A stretch of DNA of 64,000 bases from an uncultured Chloroflexia bacterium (GTDB lineage Bacteria; Chloroflexota; Dormibacteria; Aeolococcales; Aeolococcaceae). The stretch lies in assembly GCA_963846365.1 (NCBI GenBank), contig CAWJVN010000007.1, forward strand, positions 1,704,133 to 1,768,132, given 5' to 3'. The notes under the pieces are model-generated. The model saw nothing but the letters and a program-made list of their open reading frames with translations. It was not told the DNA's origin and made no database searches. Of the stretch, positions 1 through 9,120 are shown in pieces; the first letter of the stretch is position 1, and each line of letters opens with the position of its first letter. A program made the position numbers and the translations under genes.

Positions 1-537
1 CGATCCGAGATCGACTGGCTGTACCGGGGGGTGGGGAGGTTCTTTCCCGAGGAGTGGGAGCAGTTCCGGCTTGGAGTGCCGGAGGCCGACCGCGACGGCG
101 ACCTCGTCGCAGCCTATGCCCGGCTGATGGAGAACCCCGACCCGGCGGTGCGCGACGCGGCGGCGGTCGCCTGGCTGGCGTGGGAGGACGCGGTGATCTC
201 CCTGGAGCCACAGGGAGTGCGCAACGCGTACAGCTCACGTCCACAGCCGGCGCAGCAGGCCTTCGTGCGGATCTGCGCGCACTACTTCTCGCATGCAGCC
301 TGGCTCGCCGAGGGCCGGCTGCTGCGCGACGCCGGCCGTCTGGCGGGCATCCCCGGGGTGCTGATCCACGGCCGCCTCGACATGGGGAGCCCGGTCGGAA
401 CCGCCTGGGAGCTGAGCCGGGCCTGGCCGGACGCGCGGCTGGTCGTCGTCGGCAACTCCGGACACACCGGGAGCGACGCCATGGGCGACGAGATCCTCCG
501 CGCGCTCGACCGGTTCTCGCAGCGGGCCCCCGACTGA
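1..537 (+). CDS. pip: proline iminopeptidase-family alpha/beta hydrolase, C-terminal part (5' end outside window)
   Basis: Frame 1 is open from nt 1. The translation IDWLYRGVGRFFPEEWEQF...AAVAWLAWEDAV...VLIHGRLDMGSP...VVGNSGHTG resembles the C-terminal half of S33 prolyl aminopeptidases, including the catalytic His region. Confidence 0.75.
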   Translation, partial: RSEIDWLYRGVGRFFPEEWEQFRLGVPEADRDGDLVAAYARLMENPDPAVRDAAAVAWLAWEDAVISLEPQGVRNAYSSRPQPAQQAFVRICAHYFSHAAWLAEGRLLRDAGRLAGIPGVLIHGRLDMGSPVGTAWELSRAWPDARLVVVGNSGHTGSDAMGDEILRALDRFSQRAPD

Positions 538-555
538 TCCGCGGCTGACGGAGCT

Positions 556-1419
556 TCAGCCTGGGACGCGCGTCCAGGCGGCGAAGAGCGGCGGCATGAA
601 CATGACGCCGTCGTTCGCCTCGAGCTCAGCTCGCAGCCGGTCTTCCAACGTCTCGATGTCGACCTCCAGGAGGAGATCAGGCCGAAGGCCTCCATGTGCG
701 GCATGGTGGCACGAACAACGCTGACGTAGAACCAGAAGGGAGCCCCCTCAGCACCGGAGAGGATGGTCCGGCTTCGGAGGGAGGGTGCGGGCAGACCCGC
801 CTGCCGGAAGGCCTGGTGCAGCGTCGGTCCCATGCGGAGCTCGGCACCCACCCGGTCGAGCGTCGCGAGCACACAGGTCCCCATCCTCTCCCACAACGGC
901 GAGGAGGGCAGGACGAAGTCGCACGTCATGTCCGGCTCGAGGAACCACACCAGGCTCCCCGGGCGCAGCGCCCGCGCGCATGCGCTGAGCACGGCCGGCC
1001 GCTCTGCACCCACATCAGGATGAGGCGGCCGATCACGGCGTCGACCTGCGTCGGATGCCCGGCCAGAAGCTCATCCAGCCCGGCCACGTCGCCCACGTGG
1101 AAAGTGACGTTGTCAAGTACCATCGCGGCGATCCGGCGGCGGGCCAGGTCGGCCTGCTCGGACGAGCGCTCGATGCCGAGCACCGAGCCGGTGGGGCCGA
1201 CCAGGCTGGCCGCGAGAATCGCCGTGTCGCCCGCGCCCGATCCCAGATCAACCACGCGCATGCCGGGCCCGAGCCCGGCCTCGCGCAGGTACTGCTCGGT
1301 GAACGGCCCGAAAAGCCGGGACTGCTCGACGAGCCGTCGCTCCTCGGCGACGCGGTCGCCGGCCCACGCGTATGGGTCGTCCGAGGTGGCGCCCGCGTCG
1401 AACTGACCTGGAGCGTCAT
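556..1419 (-). pseudogene. class I SAM-dependent methyltransferase disrupted by about three frameshifts
   Basis: SAM motif VVDLGSGAGD. A full-length product needs frame changes near 1405, 1010 and 680. The pieces are MTLQ.. / QFDAGATSDDPYAW...RLILMW / AERPAVLSACARALRPGSLVWFLEPD...MEAFGLI / LLEVDIETLEDRLRAELEANDGVMFMPPLFAAWTRVPG, with stop TGA at 556-558. Confidence 0.6.
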
Positions 1420-1649
1420 GGGAACACTCCGTCCATCGCGGCTCCCCCTGCTGACCGCTCCAGGTGAGCGGCCCTCGGTCACGGCATCGTACCGAGGTAA
1501 TGCCCCTTGACATGAACGCCTGTTCGGGCGCACCGCTGGCGGTGGCCGCCATGGAGGCGGTCGTCCTACAGCAGCCGGTACAGCACCAGCGAGGCGGTCA
1601 GGGCCGTAGACTGGCGGAGACTGACGGCTGAGTTGAGCTCAGAGATCGT

Positions 1650-1721
1650 CGGGGCGTGGCGCAGTGGTAGCGCACCTGCTTTGGGAGCAGGGGGTCCCCA
1701 GTTCGAATCTGGGCGCCCCGA
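1650..1721 (+). tRNA. tRNA-Pro (anticodon UGG), no encoded CCA
   Basis: A cloverleaf can be read directly: acceptor cggggcg/cgccccg, D arm gcgc-agtggta-gcgc, anticodon arm cctgc-tTTGGGa-gcagg (anticodon TGG), T arm cccag-ttcgaat-ctggg, discriminator A. Confidence 0.9.
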
Positions 1722-1730
1722 CTTGAACTT
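1676..1730 (+). repeat. att core copy 1 (tRNA-proximal; anticodon stem to 9 nt past the tRNA 3' end)
   Basis: ctgctttgggagcagggggtccccagttcgaatctgggcgccccgacttgaactt is identical to 12327-12381. Confidence 0.9.
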
Positions 1731-1750
1731 CCGCGTCGTAGGGTGCCGGA

Positions 1751-1772
1751 TGTAGCAACCGGTGTAGCAACC
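1751..1772 (+). repeat. arm-type repeat pair TGTAGCAACC x2 (12-nt period), 21 nt inside att copy 1
   Basis: tgtagcaacc gg tgtagcaacc read directly. The same decamer pair occurs at 12217-12238. Confidence 0.75.
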
Positions 1773-1863
1773 GGTCGAGGTCGTCCCGCCGGGGCACGGG
1801 CGGGTGGGAGCCCGTTCCGTGTGCTGACGCGTGAGCCAGGTGCGCCCCACGGACCGACAGGGC

Positions 1864-2628
1864 TCAGTGGGTCGCTGCCTTCACGAGCTCCATGAAGTCG
1901 TGCTCGTTCTCTCCGTTGGCAGACCGTTGCCAATCAGGATACCCGCTCGCTCGAACCACTCCCGCGACGATCGGAAAGGCACCACCGACCTCGAGGTAGT
2001 AGCCGCCGTTGCTCTGCTTCTGTAGGAAGAGCATCGCACGGTCGCCTGGCAGGAGCGCCGGGTTGTCCCCTCCCACCACCATCTGGATACCCGTGTTGTC
2101 TGGGTTTGCTGGCAGGAGGTGCCAGAACTGGTGAATCTCAAGATTCGAGGCTTTTGGTCCTTTGAGGGTCTGCTCGACCGAGGCTGTCGTCATCGTCCCG
2201 CTCAAGGCGGTAGGTCGCACTGCCGTGATTGTCGTGATCACGACAGCCTCGGCCCTTGCGACCGCCAGCCGCAGGGTCGGCTCGGCGGCCACGAAGTCCG
2301 CAGTGCTGACACCCTGATGGATAGCGCGGAGGTCGATGCCGCGCAGGTCCAGACAGTTCGACCACTCCGTGAGGCGCTCTTCCCACGTTTTCGTGGCCGC
2401 TTTGTAGTGAGCGTCCTTCTGGGTGTCGGTCAGTCCAGCGTCTGGGTTTGGTGGGACGTATCCGGGAGGATTAGCGGTGGGTGTGGGCATTGCCGGCGCC
2501 GGCTTCGTTGGCGTCGGGCTCATACACGGCGTCGGGCGGGCGGTTGGGAGCTGCTGAGCTACTTGGCTGCTCCCACCGCAGGCCCCGAGGACGCACGCCG
2601 TCGCCACCAACAATGCCCTGATCTTCAT
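1864..2628 (-). CDS. putative lipoprotein (AICE cargo), function unknown
   Basis: MKIRALLVATACVLGACGGSS gives a signal peptide with lipobox LGAC, followed by a Pro/Thr-rich linker. The ATG at 2626-2628 is chosen over the longer ORF start at 2718. Confidence 0.7.
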   Translation of the reverse strand: MKIRALLVATACVLGACGGSSQVAQQLPTARPTPCMSPTPTKPAPAMPTPTANPPGYVPPNPDAGLTDTQKDAHYKAATKTWEERLTEWSNCLDLRGIDLRAIHQGVSTADFVAAEPTLRLAVARAEAVVITTITAVRPTALSGTMTTASVEQTLKGPKASNLEIHQFWHLLPANPDNTGIQMVVGGDNPALLPGDRAMLFLQKQSNGGYYLEVGGAFPIVAGVVRASGYPDWQRSANGENEHDFMELVKAATH

Positions 2629-2981
2629 GCTGCTTCTACGGTGACAGGGCCGCAGATGTTCCCGGGGAGAGCGGCGGGGGTCGTTACCACATTGCTGCGG
2701 AGATTCCGCCTGGTCCACGGCGAGCTGGCTGTGGGCGCCCTGCGGTTTTCAAGATGGACGAACCGGCGTTCGGGAACGTACGAGAGTGCCTGCCAGGCTT
2801 CACCAGGAGCGCGGCGAGGCTCGCGCAGGGGCGGGCGCGTCCGCCGGAGGCCGGGGACGGTGGTCGTATGACTGGGTCGTAACCTCGTCTCGAGCATACG
2901 CACGTTCTATTGACCGAACGGTCAGGTGACGACCCGGTCTCACGCTGAGCCGCGGCGCTGGGCTGCCCCGACAATTGGAGC

Positions 2982-3581
2982 GTGCGGAATCCTCGCGACC
3001 ACACGCCGCCTGAGGGATGGAACCCCTACGCACCAAGCGGGCACACCTACTGGTACCTCGACGGCCGCTGGGTGCTGGTGGGTCGAGCGCCCCGGCGCGC
3101 GAAACGGCCGGGGGACTGGCGACGGGCAGTTTTGGGGGTGGCGCTTTGGTTGGCAAGCCTGTTCGTCGCTCTCTGCGGCATTGGGGCGCTCCTTGGTCCT
3201 GACCGCGTGCCGGCCGCCCTGCACGACAACCCGGTGAAGGCACGTGCCGTGGTCACCGATCTCTACATAGACGGGTTCGGGGGCGATGAGACGGCGGCGT
3301 ACAAATACGTGGTGAAGGGCCACACCTACGTCGGCTCCGGTCGAGGCGGGCAGTTGGGCAACGGGGACGTGTTCGACCTCAACACTGGGGACGCCCTGAC
3401 CATCGAGTATGCGGCCACGAACCCGGCCGTCTCCTGCACCTGCGACGCAGCGGTCTACGCCTCGGACAGCTCCGCGGTCCGCGATAGGCTGGTGACGGCG
3501 CCGTTCGCTGTGCTCGCCGCTAGTCCCCTTGCATTCCTCGGCCTCCAGTCCGTCCGTCGCGTCCGCCGGTTGAGCGCCTGA
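2982..3581 (+). CDS. membrane protein, DUF3592-like
   Basis: TM helix AVLGVALWLASLFVALCGIGALLG, then ARAVVTDLYIDGFGG...YKYVVKGHTYVGSG...GDALTIEYAATNPAVS, then a C-terminal TM helix. This architecture is typical of DUF3592. Confidence 0.6.
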   Translation: MRNPRDHTPPEGWNPYAPSGHTYWYLDGRWVLVGRAPRRAKRPGDWRRAVLGVALWLASLFVALCGIGALLGPDRVPAALHDNPVKARAVVTDLYIDGFGGDETAAYKYVVKGHTYVGSGRGGQLGNGDVFDLNTGDALTIEYAATNPAVSCTCDAAVYASDSSAVRDRLVTAPFAVLAASPLAFLGLQSVRRVRRLSA

Positions 3582-3594
3582 CCACTGGGATGGC

Positions 3595-4872
3595 TCATCC
3601 GAGCGCCACCTCGGCCGCGCGAACCCACGCCGGGAGCTGCTGTGTGACGGCAATTTTGGCGCCGACGAAGGCGGCCTCGGTCTTGGCTATGCCGTACTCG
3701 TGCATCAGCGCGTGGACGAAGGTGATCAGTGCGAAGGCGGAGAAGCGCCGGCCCGGCTGCGAGCAGAAGGCTGCCACCGCCTGTGGGGTGAACTCCACCG
3801 CGTGGAGGCGTCTGGTTTCCCAGCTGTCCTTGGCCGCCCCGAGTGCTCGGCGTCGTTCGATCTCCTCGACGGTGAACGGGGTGTCCACCCTTCCGATGAG
3901 CGCGTACTCGCAGAGGTAAGTGTTCGCTCCGAAGCTCAGCCAGATGAGCTCCTCCTGGGTGAGCAGGATGCCCAGCTCCTCCTCGAGGCCCCGACGAGCA
4001 GTGTTGAAGTGGTCGGGGGCTCCGTTCTCGCCACCGTCCATCGCTCGGGTGGCTCCCTCCGCGACGGAGGGAAAGAAGATGTGGGGATCGACGGCGGTGT
4101 TGCCGCGTTCCGAGACGAGCAGGAAGTGGTCGGCGGTGACGACGGCCAGGCCCACGCCCCAATGCGTGGCCAGCTCGGCGACGGGAGCCACTCGGAGGTC
4201 GGTGCCGCTGGCGAACCGCTCGCGAAGGGTGAAGGTGCGGCCGCCATGGGTCATAGGGACGTCGAGGCGCTGGTCGGTCGCGAGCATCCGATAGTAGGTG
4301 GTCGGGGCGAAGTGGAGGACGAGCTTCGGCTCCTCCAGCCGCCGGGTGCGGGAGGAAACGTGGAAGCGGACGAGCTTGAAGTCGTCCGAGTCGTAGGGGA
4401 CCTCCTCGCCGGCGGCGGCGCGCCGAGCTATGTCCTGCTGCAGTGCCTGGAAGCCCTCCTCGACCTCCGGGGGGTACGCCGGCTCCTCCGGGTGGAAATA
4501 GGATTCGATGTGGTCCGCCCTGTACGGCCCGTAACTGGCCACCACCCAGGGGAACCAGACGTCACCAACCATGGTCCCCCACTGGGTGCCGAGCCCCTCG
4601 ATCTTGGCCGCCTTGGCCCGGGTGCGGCGGACCATTGCGGTGCTCTCCGTGGTTGGGGTGGCGCAGTCACCGGTGAGCAGGTCAGCGGGGTTGATCCTGA
4701 GCGCACGGGCGAGCTGGATCATGTCGGACACTCGGAGGTCGGCACCGCCGCCCTCGATGTCGATCAGCCATCGCTCGGATCGCCCGACGAGGCCGGCCAG
4801 CACCGCTTGCTTCATGTTCCGCTGCCGCCGACATGCTCTGATGCGCTCGCCGATCGGGAACTCCAGGGTCAC
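3595..4872 (-). CDS. HTH (XRE-type) / unknown middle domain / NUDIX-like hydrolase fusion protein
   Basis: N-terminus IGERIRACRRQRNMKQAVLAGLVGRSERWLIDIEGG...LARALRINPADLL is an XRE HTH. The C-terminal half carries a divergent Nudix box, GGENGAPDHFNTARRGLEEELGI. The GTG start overlaps the stop of the upstream HTH gene (GTGA). Confidence 0.75.
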   Translation of the reverse strand: MTLEFPIGERIRACRRQRNMKQAVLAGLVGRSERWLIDIEGGGADLRVSDMIQLARALRINPADLLTGDCATPTTESTAMVRRTRAKAAKIEGLGTQWGTMVGDVWFPWVVASYGPYRADHIESYFHPEEPAYPPEVEEGFQALQQDIARRAAAGEEVPYDSDDFKLVRFHVSSRTRRLEEPKLVLHFAPTTYYRMLATDQRLDVPMTHGGRTFTLRERFASGTDLRVAPVAELATHWGVGLAVVTADHFLLVSERGNTAVDPHIFFPSVAEGATRAMDGGENGAPDHFNTARRGLEEELGILLTQEELIWLSFGANTYLCEYALIGRVDTPFTVEEIERRRALGAAKDSWETRRLHAVEFTPQAVAAFCSQPGRRFSAFALITFVHALMHEYGIAKTEAAFVGAKIAVTQQLPAWVRAAEVALG

Positions 4873-5147
4873 GTCGCGCCGTCCTCCAGGTCGACCAGCT
4901 GCAGTGCGTCGAGGGTGACGCCGAGGGCCTTGGCCAAAGCGCGCGCATTGCGCTGTCGCGGGGTCGAGGCGCCGCTCTCCCAGGCGGCCACGGTGCGCGT
5001 GGAGACGCGCACCCGACGTGCGACCTCTTCCTGGGTGAGGCCCCGCTGCCGGCGGAGCTCGGCGAGTTGCCCCATGCGGGCGAGGATATCAGCGCCGCCG
5101 TCCAGAGTACACACCACATGAAGTTTCGAGTTGACAACTTCATGCAT
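4869..5147 (-). CDS. XRE-family HTH transcriptional regulator (92 aa)
   Basis: LAELRRQRGLTQEEVARRVRVSTRTVAAWESGASTPRQRNARALAKALGV is a classic HTH_3 pattern. Start ATG 5145-5147 (MHEVVNSK); an alternative start is at 5075. Confidence 0.75.
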   Translation of the reverse strand: MHEVVNSKLHVVCTLDGGADILARMGQLAELRRQRGLTQEEVARRVRVSTRTVAAWESGASTPRQRNARALAKALGVTLDALQLVDLEDGAT

Positions 5148-5159
5148 GACCTGTAAGGT
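5131..5159 (+). promoter_or_regulatory. sigma70/HrdB-like promoter TTGACA-17 nt-TAAGGT pointing into the transfer/replication operon
   Basis: ttgaca acttcatgcatgacctg taaggt read directly. The -10 fits the actinobacterial TANNNT pattern. The spacer overlaps the start codon of the divergent XRE gene. Confidence 0.5.
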
Positions 5160-5452
5160 CGCGAAGAAGAGCCGGGCGCTGCGGGAACAGCCCCGGCCGT
5201 GGTCGGACCCTTTGAAGGAGGGCCAGACGATGGTGACTCTACGCCCCTCGTGGCACCCTCGGCCAAGGCGCGCGAGCGCCCCGCCCGGCGGCGCTTCGTG
5301 AGATCTGCAGAACTCTTCAGGTGAACGCGCGCGCGTAAAGGCGCGGTGTTCTGCACCTGCAAGGGACTGCAGGATTTCGGCCTGAGCTGGCCATATCGTG
5401 TGCCCCTGTCGGCGTCCCCGGGGCGCACGCGAAGGGATTGGAGGTGTCTGCG

Positions 5453-5593
5453 TTGACTTCGCTCGTCCGCGTCTTGCGGGAGCTGGAGGACAGGGCGGGA
5501 AGCGTTGAACGCGACCCCCGCCGGCGGGTGTCCAACAGAACGATGAGGTACCGCACGCGCACGGCGCTGCGGTTATGGAGGGCGATGTGGTGA
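5453..5593 (+). CDS. small hypothetical protein (46 aa), first ORF of the coupled operon
   Basis: TTG start 7 nt after GGAGG. The stop overlaps the next GTG start (GTGA). Translation: MTSLVRVLRELEDRAGSVERDPRRRVSNRTMRYRTRTALRLWRAMW. Confidence 0.4.
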   Translation: MTSLVRVLRELEDRAGSVERDPRRRVSNRTMRYRTRTALRLWRAMW

Positions 5594-5742
5594 CGGTGGC
5601 GACCGGATACGGGCGGACCGTGTGGGGTCCGCGCTGCGTGTTCTGCCAGCGGCCGCCCGAGTCGTCGCTGGGGCTGTGTTCCTGCGGCGCCGAGTACTTG
5701 GGCGACGGCTGGTGGTGGATCCCGGATGGCGAGGAGATCTGA
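5590..5742 (+). CDS. small Cys-rich (CxxC...CxC) protein (50 aa)
   Basis: VTVATGYGRTVWGPRCVFCQRPPESSLGLCSCGAEYLGDGWWWIPDGEEI. The stop TGA directly abuts the SSB ATG. Confidence 0.45.
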   Translation: MTVATGYGRTVWGPRCVFCQRPPESSLGLCSCGAEYLGDGWWWIPDGEEI

Positions 5743-6171
5743 ATGAGCGCGAATACGGCGTTCTTCATCGGCAACGTGGCGACCAAGATCACCATCGAGG
5801 AGTTCACCCGCCCGGACGGCGAGGTGCTGGCAAAGTCGCGCTGCCTGGTGGCGGTGAGCCGGCTCGGCAAGCGGAACGCGGACGGCGAGGAGCCGTCTCC
5901 CGACTACGTCCCGGTCGAGGCGTGGGGCGCGCTCGCGCGGGCCCTGGCGCAGTTCAACCAGAAGGGTTCGAAGATCGGCGTCACCGGGCGCATCCGGAGC
6001 GAGTTCTGGGCACCCGAGGGGGAGAAGGGCTCGCTGCGGACCGCGGTGGTGGCGGAGCGAATTGACTTCCTGACCCCGAAGCCGAGGCCGGCCGTGGAGG
6101 AGCCCGAGGCGGAGGCTGAGGCTCCGGCCGGTCGTGCCGTGGCCAGCGCGGCGAAGGAGCGCCGCTCGTGA
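5743..6171 (+). CDS. ssb: single-stranded DNA-binding protein (OB fold), lacking the canonical acidic C-terminal tip
   Basis: NTAFFIGNVATKITIEEFTRPDGEVLAKSRCLVAV...DYVPVEAWGALARALAQFNQKGSKIGVTGRIRSEFW...AVVAERIDFL matches the SSB OB-fold pattern. The C-terminus ends ...AAKERRS. Confidence 0.8.
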   Translation: MSANTAFFIGNVATKITIEEFTRPDGEVLAKSRCLVAVSRLGKRNADGEEPSPDYVPVEAWGALARALAQFNQKGSKIGVTGRIRSEFWAPEGEKGSLRTAVVAERIDFLTPKPRPAVEEPEAEAEAPAGRAVASAAKERRS

Positions 6172-6443
6172 CCGCGGTGATGGGGTCGCTGCTGGCGACG
6201 GCACTGCTGGTGGTCAAGTTCATCGTGGTGGCCGGCCTCTTGTACGCCCTGGCGCGGGTTGCGCTCGGGCACGAGGCGGGCAGGCGCCACCTGGTGTGGG
6301 CGGCGGTCGCGCTGCTCGTGGTCAGCCTCTGGGAGGCCGGTGAGCTGGGCCGGCTCGTCCACTCCGTGGTCGCCGAGGTCACGGCCCACCACACGGGCGA
6401 CGGCTGGCCGATCGACGTGTCGGTCACCTCGGGGTCGCGGTGA
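6168..6443 (+). CDS. small membrane protein (Spd-like position)
   Basis: The GTG start overlaps the ssb stop and AAGGAG lies 9 nt upstream. Two hydrophobic helices: LLATALLVVKFIVVAGLLYALARVAL and LVWAAVALLVVSLW. Confidence 0.6.
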   Translation: MTAVMGSLLATALLVVKFIVVAGLLYALARVALGHEAGRRHLVWAAVALLVVSLWEAGELGRLVHSVVAEVTAHHTGDGWPIDVSVTSGSR

Positions 6444-6664
6444 TGAGCTGGCTGGTACGGGAGCGCTGCTCCGGGTCCCAGGCGGAGGCGATCGGCTGCC
6501 TCCGTTCGGCGAGTAGGGACGTGCGGACCGCGATCAACCGTCTCTGCGACCTGGCGGACGACGGCGAGAGCGCCGGGCTGATCGGCGAGGCGCGGGAGCA
6601 GCTGCTCGCTGCAATGCACCTCATCGACGGTGTCGGTGTCGCGCTGCGGAGGGTGGTGCTGTGA
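6440..6664 (+). CDS. hypothetical protein (74 aa)
   Basis: 4-nt start/stop overlaps with both neighbours. No motif recognised. Confidence 0.5.
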   Translation: MMSWLVRERCSGSQAEAIGCLRSASRDVRTAINRLCDLADDGESAGLIGEAREQLLAAMHLIDGVGVALRRVVL

Positions 6665-6795
6665 AGGGACGAAGCGATGGGCTGCGCGTGATCGACGAGC
6701 GGGCGTTGCGCTGGTACTGCGCCGAGTGCCGGGAGTGGGCGGTCTGTGACGACCACGACCTGTGTGTCGCGTGCCGTGGAAGGCACCACCTGTGA
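6661..6795 (+). CDS. small CxxC...CxxC zinc-ribbon-like protein (44 aa)
   Basis: VKGRSDGLRVIDERALRWYCAECREWAVCDDHDLCVACRGRHHL. GTGA overlaps on both sides. It falls below the length cut-off of the ORF track. Confidence 0.45.
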   Translation: MKGRSDGLRVIDERALRWYCAECREWAVCDDHDLCVACRGRHHL

Positions 6796-7115
6796 TCACC
6801 GTGCCGGCGGACGACATGGCGCGGCTCCTGAACGTGCTGCGTGACGACCACGGCGGGTCCGTCGACGAGTTCCTCGCGGCGGCGAAGCGCGGCAGGGCCG
6901 CCGGTGCTCGGCGGCGCCGGCTGCCCGACCCGGTGGCGGTGCGGACGGCGGGCGAGGTTCTGGAGGCGGTGCGGATGAAGTTGATCACCCGGGAGGAGGC
7001 GCGGCGTCTTCTGGGGCTTCGCGCGTCGAGGACGGCGACCAGGTCGCGGTCGACCGTGGCGCGGTCGGGATCGGAGCCGACCGAGCTGTTCGGATTGGGG
7101 AGGGAGCCGGCATGA
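6792..7115 (+). CDS. hypothetical protein (107 aa)
   Basis: The GTG at 6792 overlaps the previous stop. The stop overlaps the next ATG (ATGA). Confidence 0.5.
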   Translation: MITVPADDMARLLNVLRDDHGGSVDEFLAAAKRGRAAGARRRRLPDPVAVRTAGEVLEAVRMKLITREEARRLLGLRASRTATRSRSTVARSGSEPTELFGLGREPA

Positions 7116-7267
7116 CGTTGGTCGAGGTGCTGGTCACCGTACGCGTGCCCAAGGGCACCGACGTGGCCGCGGTGACGGATACGGTGGCGAGCTGGTCGGC
7201 GCCGCTCGATGCGGGCGTGGGCTGGCGCGTGATCAGCGTCGAGCAGATCGAGGAGGGCGAGGGATGA
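7112..7267 (+). CDS. small hypothetical protein (51 aa)
   Basis: MTLVEVLVTVRVPKGTDVAAVTDTVASWSAPLDAGVGWRVISVEQIEEGEG. ATGA overlaps with both neighbours. Confidence 0.45.
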   Translation: MTLVEVLVTVRVPKGTDVAAVTDTVASWSAPLDAGVGWRVISVEQIEEGEG

Positions 7268-9120
7268 CCGGTGCGACTCGCTACGTGGCCGGCCGGCATG
7301 GCGGTATCGCCACGCTCAAGGCGGGCTGGTGGCTGCTGGGGCAGCCTGGTGTCGTCGTCGGCCTGATCGCCGGGGCGATGGCCGGCGTGGTGCACCTGCC
7401 CGCGGACCTGTGCGTGATGACCGCCTTGGTCGCGGGCAGCGGCGTCGCCGGGGTCACGGTGTACCGGCGCCACATCGGGATCACCGCGCGGGTGCGCCGG
7501 GCGATGGTCGAGGTGGGCTTGGTGTATCGCAAGGACTACCGGACGGTGATGGGCCCGCGGCTCCGGGGCCGGGTCCAGCGCGAGGGTCGGAACCTCGTGC
7601 TCCGGTGGGAGTTGCCCACCGGCGTGACCCTGCGCAGGGTGCGCGAGCATCTGGAGGAGCTGGAGCAGCGCTGCGGCGTCGGGCTCTCGTGCCGGCTGGA
7701 GGGCAACCGCCTCCACATGGAGGTACGCCGCCATCCGCTGCCGGACCGGGTCGACTTCGACGAGTTCTACGCCGCGGCGCGCCCGGGCGGCGAGCTGCCG
7801 GTCGGTCTCGGTCGCAGCCGGGTCGGCTGGTTGTGGGTCGACCTCGCCCTGCTCCCACATCTGCTCATCGGCGGCATCGCCGGTGGCGGCAAGTCGGTGT
7901 TCCTGCGCCAGGTACTCACCTGGCTGACGCTCCGGAGGCAGCCGTCACAGCTCCGGCTGTTGCTGCTCGACTTCAAGGGCGGCATCGAGCTGGCGCGGTT
8001 CGGCGAGCTGCCCCATGCGCTCCGTCCGGTCGTGACCGAGGTGCTGGAGGCGCCCGAGGCTCTGCTCGAGCTGAAGGCGGAGATGGATCGCCGGCTCGCC
8101 GAGATGCGGACCGCGAGGGTCAACGACGTCGACGCGTGGCACGACGCGGGGCTGCCCCGCTGGCCCCGCCTGGTGGTCGTCGTCGACGAGCTGGCCCAGC
8201 TCACCATCGGCGTGCTCGGCGGCAAGGAGAACGACGCTGCCCGGGCGGCACAGAAGGCGTCGACGGGACTGCTCTGCGAGCTCGGCCGCCTGGGACGCGC
8301 CGCCGGGGTCCACCTGATCCTGTGCACCCAGCGCCCGGACCACGAGATCATCCCCGGCCAGCTCAAGGCGGTCTGCGGCGGAACGGTGGCGTTCCGGGTG
8401 CGCAACATCGCCAACAGCCAGATTCTGCTGGACTGCGACCGTGCCGCCCTGCTGCCGCCGCACCCGGGCCGGGCGGTGTGGGCGCACGAGGGCATGGAGG
8501 AGTTCCAGGCCGTCTACCTCGACTCCGAGGTGGGCTTCCGGCGCCTCGAGGAGCGCTGGCTGCGCGAGGCCGACCACGTCACCGACCCTGGTGGCGTGTC
8601 CCGGTGGGCGCCGGCGCCGGGCCTGGCTGCGCGATGCGTCGGACCGGTCCGTCAGGCGGCCGCGGCTGTCCCGTCGGCGCTGCGCGTTGTCGCGGACCGA
8701 ACCATGACCACCGCGGCTGGCCTCAAGCAGCACGCATCCCGCGGGTCACGGGTCGGGGGTGAAGGGGGCGGGCCCCCTTCGGCGGATCAGGGAGACGGCG
8801 CCCAGGAGCTCGACGCGGTCGAGCCCCACCACCAGGCGCCCGTCGACGGCGCCGCGCCCGCCGTCACCCCCTTGCTGACCCCATCCGATGCCCGGCCGGC
8901 GTTGCGCGTCCACGGCTGGGATCCCGAGGACCCCTGCGACGAGGAGGAGCTGGTGACCCTGATCGGACGTGACGACGGGACCGGCCGTGAGGACGTCGTC
9001 GGCCTGGTCGACGACGAGGCGATCGCCGTGGATCCGTTCCCGGAGGGTGGCACGGACCATGTCTCACAGTGCCACCAAAGTACCTGGCAGGCATCTGACG
9101 TCGATGAGGCGTCTGCATGA
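7264..9120 (+). CDS. FtsK/SpoIIIE-family DNA translocase (AICE transfer protein, TraSA/TraB-like)
   Basis: N-terminal TM helices. Walker A is GGIAGGGKS and Walker B is LVVVVDELAQL. The stretch LILCTQRPDHEIIPGQLKA is typical of FtsK motor domains. Confidence 0.85.
   Translation: MTGATRYVAGRHGGIATLKAGWWLLGQPGVVVGLIAGAMAGVVHLPADLCVMTALVAGSGVAGVTVYRRHIGITARVRRAMVEVGLVYRKDYRTVMGPRLRGRVQREGRNLVLRWELPTGVTLRRVREHLEELEQRCGVGLSCRLEGNRLHMEVRRHPLPDRVDFDEFYAAARPGGELPVGLGRSRVGWLWVDLALLPHLLIGGIAGGGKSVFLRQVLTWLTLRRQPSQLRLLLLDFKGGIELARFGELPHALRPVVTEVLEAPEALLELKAEMDRRLAEMRTARVNDVDAWHDAGLPRWPRLVVVVDELAQLTIGVLGGKENDAARAAQKASTGLLCELGRLGRAAGVHLILCTQRPDHEIIPGQLKAVCGGTVAFRVRNIANSQILLDCDRAALLPPHPGRAVWAHEGMEEFQAVYLDSEVGFRRLEERWLREADHVTDPGGVSRWAPAPGLAARCVGPVRQAAAAVPSALRVVADRTMTTAAGLKQHASRGSRVGGEGGGPPSADQGDGAQELDAVEPHHQAPVDGAAPAVTPLLTPSDARPALRVHGWDPEDPCDEEELVTLIGRDDGTGREDVVGLVDDEAIAVDPFPEGGTDHVSQCHQSTWQASDVDEASA

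Noticed and set aside
5230-5301. 23-codon ORF (MVTLRPSWHPRPRRASAPPGGAS) preceded by a strong GAAGGAGG site in the 5' region of the AICE operon
   Set aside because: The peptide is Arg/Pro-rich and non-protein-like. It may be a leader ORF or just a fortuitous SD-ATG, and it cannot be decided from sequence.
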